Shown one piece after another: positions 22,447 through 34,689 of a stretch of 64,000 nucleotides of DNA. The first letter of the stretch is position 1, and each line of letters opens with the position of its first letter. A program made the translations under genes and the position numbers. The stretch covers positions 768,001-832,000 of the forward strand of contig CAVVXN010000005.1 in assembly GCA_963752285.1 (NCBI GenBank). Reading direction: 5' to 3'. Origin of the DNA: an uncultured Planctomycetota bacterium (GTDB taxonomy: Bacteria; Planctomycetota; PLA2; JAEUHO01). Under the pieces are notes generated by a model. The model had not been told where the DNA came from. It made no database searches and was given only the letters and a program-made list of their open reading frames with translations.

Positions 22447-23255
22447 ATTCCGATGCCGCTGTACTGGAGGCTCCCGCGCCGCCACACGGCGCGCGCGGGC
22501 AGGGCGAAGACGAGCGTCCAGCCGAGGGTGAGGACGAGACCCGTGGCCCACGCCGAGACCGAGGTCCGTCCGAGGAGCGCGCCGACGGGCGCGTCGTAGA
22601 GGTAGCGGAAGGGGAGGACGTCCACGACCGCGCGGAGCCCCGAGGGGAACACGGCCAGGGGGAGCAGGGCGCCGCCGAGGAGCGCGCACGTGAAGCGGAG
22701 GCACACCGCGAGGCTCCACACGTTGTCCGCCCAGAACGCGACGCACTGGATCGGAAAGCCCATCGTGAAGTAGAGGAGGTTCGCGGCGGCGAGCGACAGG
22801 AGGGCCATCGCGGCCGAGAGCGGCGAAAGGGCGACGCCCGCGCCCTCGCGCGCGAGGACGGGGAAGAGGGCGGCCAGGAGGACGAGCTGGATCAGGGCGG
22901 GAACGAGGCTCCCGAGCGACTGCGCGTACTTGAAGGCGAAGTACGAGGTCGGGAAGACGAGGTAGCGGTTGAGACCGCCCTCGTAGATGTCGTTCGAGAC
23001 CCGCCCGGTGAGCTCCGGGCCCCTCACGATGCGCCCGAAGAGGATGACCGCGAGGTAGTAGACGAGCATGCCGTGGAGGTCGTAGCCGGCGATCGTGCCG
23101 TGGCCCGACTCTCGGAACATCGCGCTCCAGAGGAACCACGCGAGGCCGATCTCGACCGCGAAGGTGGCGAACGCGTTGATCCAGAAGTCGACGCGGTACG
23201 ACATGCGGCTCCGCGCCTCGATCAGGACGACCTGGACGAAGAGCCGCGGGCTCAC
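22443..23255 (-). CDS. ABC-2 family (DUF990-type) permease
   Basis: YRVDFW, DIYEGGL, GGALLPL, LPFRY. Confidence 0.85.
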   Translation of the reverse strand: MSPRLFVQVVLIEARSRMSYRVDFWINAFATFAVEIGLAWFLWSAMFRESGHGTIAGYDLHGMLVYYLAVILFGRIVRGPELTGRVSNDIYEGGLNRYLVFPTSYFAFKYAQSLGSLVPALIQLVLLAALFPVLAREGAGVALSPLSAAMALLSLAAANLLYFTMGFPIQCVAFWADNVWSLAVCLRFTCALLGGALLPLAVFPSGLRAVVDVLPFRYLYDAPVGALLGRTSVSAWATGLVLTLGWTLVFALPARAVWRRGSLQYSGIGM

Positions 23256-24280
23256 GGCGCGCCCCCGGTCCCACTGCGGTCGGTGAGGATCCGCTCGATG
23301 ATCGTCCCGACGTCCGGCTCCTCGATCGTGAGGTCCACGACCGGGAGCCGCGCGAGCACCTCGGAAGCCGCACGCGCGACCCGCGACCGCGGGACGCGAA
23401 GACGCAGCACGTTCTCGTCGAGGTGCACGACGGTTCCGAGGTCGGCCAGGTCCGAGGGCGTGGGGCGCGGACGCGGTGGGGACCCGCGCGGTCCGTCCAC
23501 CCCGTCCCGTCCGAGGTGCGCGATGACCACTTTGTGGTCCGCGTAGCGGTGGACGACCTCCTGGAGGCTACCGTCGTACACGAGCTCGCCGTCGCGGAGG
23601 ATCAGGATGCGCTCGCAGAGGCGCTGGATGTCCTCCATGTAGTGGCTCGTGAGGAGCATGGCGGGCCGCCGGGCCTGCCGGTACGTGAGGACGAAGTCGC
23701 GGACCGCGCGCTGCGCGGTCAGGTCGAGGCCGATGGTGGGCTCGTCCAGGTACACGACGCGCGGTCCGTGCAGGAGGGCGGCGATCAGCTCCATCTTCAT
23801 GCGTTCGCCGAGCGAGAGGCGGCGGACCTGGATCTCGAGCTCCTTCGTCACGCCGAGCATCGAGGCGAGGTCGTCGAGGTTCTTCCGGTACTCCGCGGCG
23901 GGAATCCGGTAGATCTCCTTCAGGAGGAGGAAGGCGTCCGCGGCCGGGAGGTCCCACCAGAGCTGCGCCTTCTGCCCCATGATGAGCGCGATCTGGCGGC
24001 GGAAGCGGTCGTCACGCTCCCACGGGCGGAACCCGAGCACGTCCGCGTCGCCCGACGTGGGGTGGATGATCCCCGCGAGCATCTTCGTGAGGGTGGTCTT
24101 GCCGGCGCCGTTCGCGCCGAGGAGCCCTACGATCTCGCCCTCCTGGACCTCGAACGAGACGTCACGGACCGCTCGCTTCTCGACCGTCTCGCGACGGACG
24201 AGTGCGCGGAGCGAGGCGACGAGGCCGGGCGCCTTCTTCGGCACCCGGAAGGTCTTCGAGAGGCGGTCGGCGCGGATCAC
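23252..24280 (-). CDS. ABC exporter ATP-binding protein
   Basis: GANGAGKT, LSLGERM, LDEPTIGLD, TSH. Confidence 0.92.
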   Translation of the reverse strand: MIRADRLSKTFRVPKKAPGLVASLRALVRRETVEKRAVRDVSFEVQEGEIVGLLGANGAGKTTLTKMLAGIIHPTSGDADVLGFRPWERDDRFRRQIALIMGQKAQLWWDLPAADAFLLLKEIYRIPAAEYRKNLDDLASMLGVTKELEIQVRRLSLGERMKMELIAALLHGPRVVYLDEPTIGLDLTAQRAVRDFVLTYRQARRPAMLLTSHYMEDIQRLCERILILRDGELVYDGSLQEVVHRYADHKVVIAHLGRDGVDGPRGSPPRPRPTPSDLADLGTVVHLDENVLRLRVPRSRVARAASEVLARLPVVDLTIEEPDVGTIIERILTDRSGTGGAP

Positions 24281-24544
24281 GGGCCGCCCAGACGAACCGC
24301 AGGGCGGGCGCGGCGCAAGGTCCGGCCGCCGTGCCGGCTCGCCCCGGAGGAGGCGGGGCGGTGGCGCCGTGGAGCGCGCGATCCCGGGCGCGGGCGGATC
24401 GCGCGGCGCTATCCTGGGTCGTCCGACCTCGCGGAGGGCCCATCCCTGGCACGTCCCGTGCCCGATGTCCGGCGGCGCCGCCGCTCCGACCCGCGCGCGC
24501 GTCCGGGGACGCGTCCGGGCGACGGACGGATCTACACGCTGGTC

Positions 24545-25435
24545 GTGACGGCGGCGTTGGCGCTCTTCAACGCGTGCGCGCCGGACGACCCGTCGGCAGG
24601 CCCGACCCCAGACGCCCTCGTTCCCTTCGCCACGGCCCCCCTGGCGCCGCCGGCCGACCGGGACGAGGCGGTGGCCCGCCAGCTGCCGTTGGGGCTCGTC
24701 CCCGAGCCGCGTCGTGCGCTGGTCTCTCCGCGGCCGATCGAGCCGGACGCGCTCCGAGGCGGTCCCTACGACGTGATCGTGGAGGACGCCTCGCAGGACT
24801 CGGCGGAGGGCGCGCTCGGCGCCGCCACGAGGGCGGGGCTGACCGGGCGGCGCGCCGCGCTCACGGCCCACGGCGTGTACGTCCTCTGGCTCCCGGCGCG
24901 CGCGACCGAGGAGGAGGGGCTGCGGACCCAGGCTCGGCGCATGGGCGCGGTCTTCGCACGGGTCACGCTGTGGCGGGACGACTTCGCCGCGCACCCGACA
25001 CGGGTCGGCCTCGCGGGGCACGCGGACGAGACGCCCCTCGACCCGGGCGCGCTCGTGGCCGCGGCGCGCGCGCTGCCCGCGGAAGACCCCTCTGGCCTCG
25101 GCACGTATCCCACCGCGCTGCCCTTCTTCTTCTACGCGGGCGACCTCGGCGCCGCCGAGGGCCGACTCGGCGCGGCCACGGCGGGCGTCCTCGCGGAGGA
25201 CGCGCTCCTCGGTCTCGAGCGCCGGCTGGCCACGGCGGTCCCGCCCGCGAGCGACCCCTACCTCGCCCGACTCGACGCGGCCGAGCGACGCCGCGCGGGC
25301 GCCGGCCTGGCTCTCCGCACCCTCTCGGTCGCCCTGACGCTCGACCGGCCCCGGGAGCACCGTCGCGCGCTCCTCGAGTACGTGCGAGCCGTCCCCGGCG
25401 CGGACCGTCCCCCGCTCGATCCCTGGGTGCGCTGA
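24545..25435 (+). CDS. Hypothetical protein, possible lipoprotein
   Basis: Genome-like codon use; LALFNAC lipobox-like motif; start uncertain. Confidence 0.5.
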   Translation: MTAALALFNACAPDDPSAGPTPDALVPFATAPLAPPADRDEAVARQLPLGLVPEPRRALVSPRPIEPDALRGGPYDVIVEDASQDSAEGALGAATRAGLTGRRAALTAHGVYVLWLPARATEEEGLRTQARRMGAVFARVTLWRDDFAAHPTRVGLAGHADETPLDPGALVAAARALPAEDPSGLGTYPTALPFFFYAGDLGAAEGRLGAATAGVLAEDALLGLERRLATAVPPASDPYLARLDAAERRRAGAGLALRTLSVALTLDRPREHRRALLEYVRAVPGADRPPLDPWVR

Positions 25436-25533
25436 GGTCCGCCCCTCACCGTGGCGACCCACGGGGCGGGCGCGACGTCCGCCGGTATGCTCCCCTCGTT
25501 CCCCGGCCGGACCGGTCGCGGGGGAGGGATCGG

Positions 25534-26001
25534 ATGACGCCTCGCGGAACGGTGCTCGCCATCGCGGTCCGCACGGAGCGGGACGGGCCGATGCGCACCG
25601 TCGAGACCGCGCGGGTCGAGCCCGACGGCTGGCTCGAGGGCGACCACGGCGCAAGCCCGCGCCGCGGCGTCACCTTCCTCGCGAAGGAGTCGTGGGACGC
25701 CGCGATGCGGGACCTCGGGGCCGACCTCCCCTGGTGGACGCGCCGGGCGAACGTCCTCGTCGAGGGCGTGGACCTCCTCCGACGCGTGGGGGGACGGCTG
25801 CGGGTCGGCGAGGTGCTCGTGTCGGTCGAGGGCGAGACGAAGCCCTGCGAGGTCATGGACCGCGCGCAGCCGGGCCTGAGGCGCGCCCTCGAGCCCGAGG
25901 GACGCGGCGGCGTGTATGGACGCGTGATCGAGGGCGGCACCATCGCGCCGGGGGACGCGGTCCTCGCCCTCGGCGGCGAGAACGAGGGTAGGGAGCGGTG
26001 A
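25534..26001 (+). CDS. MOSC domain protein
   Basis: GDH..RRGVT, RRANVLVEG, TKPCEVMD, GRGGVYGRVIEGG. Confidence 0.85.
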   Translation: MTPRGTVLAIAVRTERDGPMRTVETARVEPDGWLEGDHGASPRRGVTFLAKESWDAAMRDLGADLPWWTRRANVLVEGVDLLRRVGGRLRVGEVLVSVEGETKPCEVMDRAQPGLRRALEPEGRGGVYGRVIEGGTIAPGDAVLALGGENEGRER

Positions 26002-26690
26002 TGCGGTGTTTCCTCCACTCCGGCGGCTACTTCCGAGACGCCCGGACCGAGATGCTCGACTACCTCGGCTCCGTCCGACGGCTCGTCTTCGTCCCGTTCG
26101 CCCTCCAGGACGTGGACATGTACACGGGCCGGGTGCGCGAGGTGGCGGGCGCCTGGGGCATCGAGATCACGGGCATCCACGAGCAGGGAGATCCCCGCGC
26201 GACGCTCGCGCGGGCCGACGCGGTCTTCGTGGGCGGCGGAAACACCTTCCGCTTGCTCTCGCGCCTCTACGAGGCGGACCTCCTCGAGCCGCTCCGGCAG
26301 GCGGTCCGGGACGGTCTTCCCTACCTCGGGAGCAGCGCGGGGAGCAACCTCGCATGCCCGACGATCATGACGACGAACGACATGCCGATCGTGTATCCCC
26401 CGTCGTTCGACGCGCTGGACATCGTGCCCTTCCAGATCAACCCGCACTACCTCGACCCCGACCCCGACTCCACACACCAGGGCGAGACGCGGGAGGTGAG
26501 GATCCGCGAGTACCACGAGATGAACGCGAACGCCGTGGTCGGGCTCCGCGAGGGGTCGCTGCTGCGTCGCGAGGGCGAAACGCTCGAGCTCCGGGGCTCG
26601 GTGGGGGCCCGGCTCTTCCGTCGCGGCCTGGAGCCGACCGAGCACGTGCCGGGCGACCGGCTCGACTTCCTCCTCGGCGTAGAGGCCTGA
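25998..26690 (+). CDS. pepE: Dipeptidase E (S51)
   Basis: VGGGNTF, GSSAGSN, TTNDMP, QINPHY, HQGETRE. Confidence 0.95.
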   Translation: MMRCFLHSGGYFRDARTEMLDYLGSVRRLVFVPFALQDVDMYTGRVREVAGAWGIEITGIHEQGDPRATLARADAVFVGGGNTFRLLSRLYEADLLEPLRQAVRDGLPYLGSSAGSNLACPTIMTTNDMPIVYPPSFDALDIVPFQINPHYLDPDPDSTHQGETREVRIREYHEMNANAVVGLREGSLLRREGETLELRGSVGARLFRRGLEPTEHVPGDRLDFLLGVEA

Positions 26691-26693
26691 CCC

Positions 26694-27665
26694 TTGGCGC
26701 GTCTTCCCGTCCGGCGGGACGACGTTCTCGCGGCGGCCGAACGCATCCACCCCTACGTCCACCGGACGCCGGTGTTCCGGTCGCGTCAGCTCGACGAGGC
26801 GACCGGCGCGCACGTCTTCTTGAAGTGCGAGAACCTCCAGCGCGTCGGTGCCTTCAAGATGCGCGGCGCGACGAACGCGATCGCGCGCCTCGACCCGCTC
26901 GTCCGGACGCGGGGCGTCGTCACGCACTCGAGCGGAAACCACGCCCAGGCGGTGGCCCTCGCGGCGCGCCTCTTCCACGTGGCCGCGACGATCGTGATGC
27001 CCGAGGGCGCCCCCGCCGTGAAGCGCGAGGCGACGGAGGGCTACGGCGCCCGGATCGTCCCCTGCCGCCCGACGCAGGCCGACCGCGAGTCGACGGCGGC
27101 CCGCGTGGTGGACGAGACCGGGGCCGCGCTGATCCCGCCGTACGACCACGCCGACGTGATCGCGGGCCAGGGCACGGCGGCGTGGGAGCTCCTGGAGGAC
27201 GTTCCCGACCTCGAGGCGGTCCTCGCGCCCGTGGGCGGAGGCGGCCTCCTCTCGGGCACGGCGGTCACGGCCTCGACATCTCCGGGCGTGCGCGTGATCG
27301 GCTGCGAGCCGGAGGGCGCCGACGACGCACGCCGCTCCCTCGGGTCGGGCGTCCGCGTGACCGAGCAGACGCCGGACACCATCTGCGACGGGCTCCGGAC
27401 CGTGCTCGGCGAGATCCCCTTCGCGATCCTCTCCGCGCTGGGCGTCCGCGTCGTGACGGTCACGGACGACGAGGTGCGCCTCGCGATGCGGTTCCTCCTC
27501 GAACGCACGAAGCTCGTGGTCGAGCCGTCGGGCGCGGTCCCGGTGGCGGCGCTCCTGGCCGGCAAGGTCGAGGACGTCCACGGCCGCCGCGTCGGCGCGA
27601 TCCTCTCGGGCGGCAACGTGGACCTCCGCGCCTGGGCCGACGCCTACGGCCGCGCGAAGCCGTAG
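26694..27665 (+). CDS. PLP-dependent serine/threonine dehydratase-racemase family protein
   Basis: KCENLQRVGAFKMRG, SSGNHAQ, PVGGGGL, SGGNVD; no regulatory domain. Confidence 0.9.
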   Translation: MARLPVRRDDVLAAAERIHPYVHRTPVFRSRQLDEATGAHVFLKCENLQRVGAFKMRGATNAIARLDPLVRTRGVVTHSSGNHAQAVALAARLFHVAATIVMPEGAPAVKREATEGYGARIVPCRPTQADRESTAARVVDETGAALIPPYDHADVIAGQGTAAWELLEDVPDLEAVLAPVGGGGLLSGTAVTASTSPGVRVIGCEPEGADDARRSLGSGVRVTEQTPDTICDGLRTVLGEIPFAILSALGVRVVTVTDDEVRLAMRFLLERTKLVVEPSGAVPVAALLAGKVEDVHGRRVGAILSGGNVDLRAWADAYGRAKP

Positions 27666-27806
27666 CCTCACGGCAGGGAGGGAACGCTCGTTCTCGTCTC
27701 GGCCGCTCGGGCCCTGGGCCTCGTTTCGGGAACGACGGTCGGCCGCCCGAGCGCGACGATCGAGGACGGTCGGATCGGGCGGCTTCGGCTCTCCGGTGCG
27801 CGGCGG

Positions 27807-29804
<1,998 letters not shown>

Positions 29805-29937
29805 TCGCCCGCCATTTCACGGCGCGCCGAGGGGCGCGCGGAACGATTCCCGGGACACGAGCCCGCGGCGTGGACCGGGCGGGCGGCGGCCGGGCGCGAG
29901 GAGAACGGGGAGGAGCCCGCGGCGCGCGGCGCGGGGA

Positions 29938-30026
29938 TGGTGCCGAAGGCGGGACTCGAACCCGCAAGACCGGTAAAGGTCACCAGGTCCTGAACCTGGC
30001 GCGTCTGCCAATTCCGCCACTTCGGC
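29938..30026 (-). tRNA. tRNA-Leu (anticodon CAG)
   Basis: 89 nt; acceptor stem GCCGAAG/CTTCGGC, anticodon arm CCAGG-TTCAGGA-CCTGG, long variable arm, GTTCGAGT T-loop, encoded CCA. Confidence 0.97.
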
Positions 30027-30040
30027 CAAAGCAGGGGGGG

Positions 30041-30068
30041 ATCGTAGTCCCCGTGACCGCAGGGTCAA
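30041..30068 (-). promoter_or_regulatory. Probable sigma70 promoter of tRNA-Leu
   Basis: TTGACC-16 bp-TACGAT followed by a C-rich discriminator. Confidence 0.6.
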
Positions 30069-30104
30069 GGGCCGCGCCCTCGGGCGCCGCGCGGCGGGTC
30101 CCGT

Positions 30105-30142
30105 GGAGCGCCGGTCTACGGAGCGCCGGTCTACGGAGCGCC
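30105..30142. repeat. 15-bp tandem repeat GGAGCGCCGGTCTAC x2.5
   Basis: Exact copies at 30105 and 30120, partial copy at 30135; spans the stop codon of the adjacent gene. Confidence 0.9.
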
Positions 30143-31972
30143 CTTCGGCGTGAGGCACGAGCGACAGGTGCCGCACCAGTCCTGGGGGAGCGAGAGGACC
30201 TCTCCTGCGTCCGCCGGGACGACGACCGGCTTCGACATCAGGAAGGCGCCGGCCGGCGCGGCGACGGTCGGGTGGCCGCGGATCACGCCGCCCTGGCCGT
30301 CCGTGATCGACGAGCCGCCGACCGCCTGCCAGTGCATGAGGTACCCGCCGCCCGCCGTGGTGCACACGCTGTCGGTCCCCGAGGCCGGGCAGTTCAGGGT
30401 GTCGTCGACGAAGTCGTGCGTACCGTCCTGTTCGACCGTGTGGTAGAGGCCGAGGTAGTGGCCCAGCTCGTGCGCGGCGATGAGCCCGATGGTGCTCGTT
30501 CCGTAGCCGTCGTAGATGCTCATCACGCCGGAGACACCGGTCCCGTTCAGCTTGGGCCCGCCGATGGTCGCGGACACGCCGACGACGCCACCCCCGAACG
30601 CCACCTGGACGAAGTAGAGGTTCAGCCGGGTCCGTGTCGCGGCGGACGACAGGCGGAGCATGTTCGCGAACTCGGTGTTCGAGGTGACCTGGTCGAAGGA
30701 AGAGTCGGTGACGTCGTAGTAGTCGATGCTCCCGATCCGGACGCCCTGCTGGGAGAGGATCGAGTCGATGCGCGTCAGGATGGCCTGGAGGCGGTTGTCG
30801 GTCGCGGCCGTCGAGGCCTTCGGGGTGATGCCGTTCGCGAGCCACACGTTCAGGTCGAGCGTGCCGCCCGACGCGCCGCCGGCCGTACGTCGCTCGACGA
30901 TCGCGCGCACGATCATGTTCGCGCCGGTCCCCTGCAGGCGACGCAGCGAGAAGTGGTACGTGCCGCCGCCGGGGACGAGCTGGACGTTCGCGCGGTCCGT
31001 GTTCGGGACCGTCGCGTCGAAGACCTCCTGCTCCGGGTACCAGACGTAGGCGCCGGTGCCGGAGGAGTTCTCGTAGACCTTCCCGCCGGGGCCGGTCCAC
31101 GTGTCGAGGCCGATCACCGGGGTCGTGAACACGCCGTTCGGAATCGCGCCCTCGACGGTCACGGAGATCGCGTCGGCGGGGACGCTCACGGCGAGGACGG
31201 AGGTGCGTCCGCCCGAGTCGAGGGGGAGCGACCCGTAGTCGGTGACCTCCTCGTTCCCCGAGCCGACGGTCTCGGCCAAGACGGAGATGTCCACCCCGCC
31301 GCCGGGGTCCGCGGGACCGAGGACCAGGGTGCCGTCGTGGATGCCGGCCTGGGTGGGCGCGTACCGGATCGTCACGCTCGCGGTGGCGCCCGGGTCCACG
31401 GTCATGGGGAAGGGGCTCCCCACGACCGAGAAGAACGCGCCGGGCAGTGTGACGCCCGTGAACGTGACGGGGCTCAGCGTGCTCAGGTTGATCGCCTGGG
31501 CCGTGAGGTCCTTCGTCTGGGCCGCGTCGACGGCGCCGAAGTCGAGGCTCGGGGTCACCAGCCCCCAGGTCACCCTCTCCCCGGTCGCTCGCACGATCCA
31601 GGTGCGGTCCTCCGGGCCGCCGGGCCCCTCGAAACGAAGCGTCACGTCGCCCGACGCCACGCCCTCCCCGAGGGCGGCATGGACGAGGTGGAGCGTCGCG
31701 GACCCGCCGGCCGGCGCGGGCGCCGGGAGGTCGGTCTGGTCCACCGTGAAGGGGCCCGTCGCCAGCGCCTCGGTGACGGTCGCGTCGCCGGCGAGCGGAT
31801 TCGGGAAGGCGACCTCCGTGCGGTCCGGGACGGTCGAGGCGACGGTCCCGATGTCGAGCAGGCTCGGGGTCGGCTGCGAGGTCGTGCCGGACCCGCCTCC
31901 ACCACCGCACGCGCCGGCGAGGAGCAGGAGCGTGGCGAGCAGGGCGGAGCGTCGCGGCACGAGTCTGGGCAT
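30131..31972 (-). CDS. Lipoprotein with Ig-like (choice-of-anchor D-like) domains and C-terminal M43-like zinc metallopeptidase
   Basis: Lipobox AGAC; SLDFGAV-type Ig repeats; HELGHYLGLYH and YLM Met-turn. Confidence 0.8.
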   Translation of the reverse strand: MPRLVPRRSALLATLLLLAGACGGGGGSGTTSQPTPSLLDIGTVASTVPDRTEVAFPNPLAGDATVTEALATGPFTVDQTDLPAPAPAGGSATLHLVHAALGEGVASGDVTLRFEGPGGPEDRTWIVRATGERVTWGLVTPSLDFGAVDAAQTKDLTAQAINLSTLSPVTFTGVTLPGAFFSVVGSPFPMTVDPGATASVTIRYAPTQAGIHDGTLVLGPADPGGGVDISVLAETVGSGNEEVTDYGSLPLDSGGRTSVLAVSVPADAISVTVEGAIPNGVFTTPVIGLDTWTGPGGKVYENSSGTGAYVWYPEQEVFDATVPNTDRANVQLVPGGGTYHFSLRRLQGTGANMIVRAIVERRTAGGASGGTLDLNVWLANGITPKASTAATDNRLQAILTRIDSILSQQGVRIGSIDYYDVTDSSFDQVTSNTEFANMLRLSSAATRTRLNLYFVQVAFGGGVVGVSATIGGPKLNGTGVSGVMSIYDGYGTSTIGLIAAHELGHYLGLYHTVEQDGTHDFVDDTLNCPASGTDSVCTTAGGGYLMHWQAVGGSSITDGQGGVIRGHPTVAAPAGAFLMSKPVVVPADAGEVLSLPQDWCGTCRSCLTPKGAP

Positions 31973-32157
31973 GGCGGGGACTCCGCGAGGTGGGACCACA
32001 TCCCTACTTCGTCCCAAAGCCGCGCCCAATGTAGGTCTCGGTAGGGGTGGGTACAACGGTCCGGGGCGGGTGGGCACACCGTCCCTGAACGGGCTCCCCC
32101 CTTGGTACCCTCGCCCGGTCGCGTCCCGGGGGCGCGTCGCGGGAGGGCGCCGGGCGC

Positions 32158-33321
32158 ATGTCGAGGACGACGACCGAGAGGTGCTCGTCGTTCGGACGAT
32201 CCGCGACCGCCCGACCGTCGGGCCGGGACGCGCGAACGCTCGCCCTGGCGGGGTTGCTCGGCGGCATCCTGGTGGCCCTGCCGGCGTGCTCGAGCAGCTA
32301 CAAGAAGCTCCACGAGGGCGGCTCGGCCACCGAGGTCTTCTTCTACGACATCCTCGGCCAGGACCGAAGTCCCTCTCACTACTACCAGCTGATCCGCGAC
32401 AGCCACCGCGAGAAGGACTTCTGCTACGAGTGCACGGCCAGCGACCCGTACCTGGTGGACAAGAACATCGACGCGATCGAGCGGCTCGGCCACGCGCAGT
32501 TCGGTCGCCTGGAGGGCATGGGCGAGGTCGTCGAGCTGATGAGCGAGGTGATCGTCGAGGACCGCGCGGCGCTCGCGCGGAGCCAGGCGGCGACCACGCT
32601 CACGCTGATCGCGGTGAAGCTGCCGACCGTGGCCTCGCGGGGCGTCCCCGACGACGGTCGCCGGCTGCTCCAGCTGATGAAGGACGTGGACGCGTGGTAC
32701 GCCGCGGGCGCCCGCGGCGCCCGGGCGCCGAAGTCGTACGTGGTCGACAAGATCCGCGCGATCGGCGACCTCGAGTTCAAGGCGATCGACTTCCGCTTCT
32801 ATCGCGAGTCCGTACGGTTCTTCTACGGACGTCCGTTCCTCGTGGACGAGCGAGACCCCGAGATCCGGGGCGCGATCGACCCTGCGCTCACGCGGCGGAT
32901 CGCGAAGCTCGCGCGTGTCTCGCTGCAAGCCGCCGTGGACGACCCGTCGCCGCAGGTCCGTCAGGACGCGATCCGCGGGCTGAAGACGCTCGGCGACGCG
33001 ACCGCGATCCCCGTGGTCACGGAGCGCCTCGGGTTCGAGACCGACTGGCGCGTGCGCATGGAGGCGCTCGAGTACCTCGGCCGCGTCGGCACGCGGCCCG
33101 CGGTCCAGGCGCTGGTCCCGCGCCTGGAGGACCCCGACGCGAACGTCCGGCACAAGGCGCGGGAGTCGCTGATGCGGATCGCTGGCGCGGACTTCGGCGC
33201 CCGTCGCGACGCCTGGGAGTTCTGGGCCCGGCAGAGGGACCCGACGATCACGTTCCCGGGCCCGCAGCCCGACGCCGACGCGTCGGGCGTCGGGGCCGGC
33301 GCACCCGTCGCCGGTCCGTAG
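32158..33321 (+). CDS. HEAT-repeat lipoprotein
   Basis: LPAC lipobox; VRQDAIRGL, VRMEALEYL, VRHKARESL. Confidence 0.75.
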   Translation: MSRTTTERCSSFGRSATARPSGRDARTLALAGLLGGILVALPACSSSYKKLHEGGSATEVFFYDILGQDRSPSHYYQLIRDSHREKDFCYECTASDPYLVDKNIDAIERLGHAQFGRLEGMGEVVELMSEVIVEDRAALARSQAATTLTLIAVKLPTVASRGVPDDGRRLLQLMKDVDAWYAAGARGARAPKSYVVDKIRAIGDLEFKAIDFRFYRESVRFFYGRPFLVDERDPEIRGAIDPALTRRIAKLARVSLQAAVDDPSPQVRQDAIRGLKTLGDATAIPVVTERLGFETDWRVRMEALEYLGRVGTRPAVQALVPRLEDPDANVRHKARESLMRIAGADFGARRDAWEFWARQRDPTITFPGPQPDADASGVGAGAPVAGP

Positions 33322-33337
33322 GGACCGAGGCGCGGTC

Positions 33338-34582
33338 GTGGGCGCGGCAGGGGGCGGACGGCCGAGGTGGATCCTTCGCGGGCTCGGGCTCGCCCTCGTG
33401 GTCGGCGTGCTCGTCACGCAGGTCCACGTCCACGACCGCCTGGAGGCGAAGCCGGCGGGCGGGGAGGGACCGAGCCACACGTACGTCGGCCGCGTGACCG
33501 AGACGGCGGACGGCTGGGACGTGGCCGACGCGGACACGGGCGCCGTCCGGCACGTGACCCGGGACGAGGTGGTCTCGAGGGGGCACGGCGAGACCCGCGT
33601 GCCCGCGGTCACGTGGGGGATGGCGTCGCTCGGCTCACGTCTCGGCGCGCGGCCCCTCGTCGCGCTCGAGGTGCTGCTGCTGCTCTTCGTGACGTACCTC
33701 GTGACGGCGTGGCGGTGGCGCGAGCTCCTGGGGGCCGTGGACGTGGCACTCGGGCTCGGCGAGGCGGTGCGGCTGAACCTCGTCGGCGCGTTCTTCAACA
33801 TGGCCGTTCCGGGATCGACGGGCGGCGACGTCGTGAAGGCCTGGTACGCCGCGCGGGCGACGCGGCGCGGCGTGCGCGCGGTGCTCTCCGTGTTCGCGGA
33901 CCGGATCGTCGGGCTGCTCGGCCTCGCGCTCTTCGCCGCGGGCGCGCTCGTCGTCCTGGCCGGATCGCCCGGGCTCGAGGCGGCGCGCACGATCACCCTG
34001 GTGGCGCTCGTGATGCTCGGCGCGGGCTCGTGGGTCGTGCTGTCGCCGCGGCTCCGCCGGTGGCTCGGCCTCGGGCGGCTCGCCAGCCGGCTCCCGTTTC
34101 ACACCGTCCTGAGCGAGGTGGCCGCGGCCCTACGCCTCTACCGCGAACGTCCTCGCGCGCTCCTGCTCGCGCTCCTCGTGTCGATGGGGAACCACGCGCT
34201 CGCGAGCGTCGCCGTCTACCTCCTCGCCGGCGGCCTCGGGATCCAGGGCTTGACGTTCGGGCGGGCGCTGGCCCTCGTGCCGGTCGCGAACCTCTTCGGC
34301 GCGATCCCGCTGCTCCCGGGCGGCTGGGGCGTCGGCGAGGCCGCGTTCGCCTACCTCTTCTCGCGCGTGGGGATCCCCCCGACGGAGGCCGTCACGCTCT
34401 CGGTCGTGTACCGGCTCGGCATGCTCGTGACGAGCCTCCCCGGCGGGGCGCTCTGGCTCCTCTGGCGGGGCCGTCCCTCGCGGGACGAGGTCGTCCGGAC
34501 CGTGGACGCCGCCGGGCACGTCGTCGAGGCCCTGGAGGCGGAGGCGGAGCGCGCGGAGGAGGGGGAGCCCGAGCCCTCGTAG
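33338..34582 (+). CDS. UPF0104 / lysylphosphatidylglycerol synthase TM-domain (flippase-like) protein
   Basis: AWRW, FFNMAVPGSTGGDVVKAWY, DRIVGL, PGGWGVGE. Confidence 0.85.
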   Translation: MGAAGGGRPRWILRGLGLALVVGVLVTQVHVHDRLEAKPAGGEGPSHTYVGRVTETADGWDVADADTGAVRHVTRDEVVSRGHGETRVPAVTWGMASLGSRLGARPLVALEVLLLLFVTYLVTAWRWRELLGAVDVALGLGEAVRLNLVGAFFNMAVPGSTGGDVVKAWYAARATRRGVRAVLSVFADRIVGLLGLALFAAGALVVLAGSPGLEAARTITLVALVMLGAGSWVVLSPRLRRWLGLGRLASRLPFHTVLSEVAAALRLYRERPRALLLALLVSMGNHALASVAVYLLAGGLGIQGLTFGRALALVPVANLFGAIPLLPGGWGVGEAAFAYLFSRVGIPPTEAVTLSVVYRLGMLVTSLPGGALWLLWRGRPSRDEVVRTVDAAGHVVEALEAEAERAEEGEPEPS

Positions 34583-34689
34583 CCGGGTGACGTCCCCCGA
34601 ACTGCGCCGGAGCGACGCCCCCGCTCCGGGACGCGGGCGTGGGCCGCGCGGCCCCCGCTGGTGGGGGACCCCGGGTGGATGATCGGGCC

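Noticed and set aside
29938..30026. tRNA-Leu as the attachment site of an integrated element
   Set aside because: No integrase, no duplicated tRNA 3' end seen, and the downstream gene is housekeeping thiC
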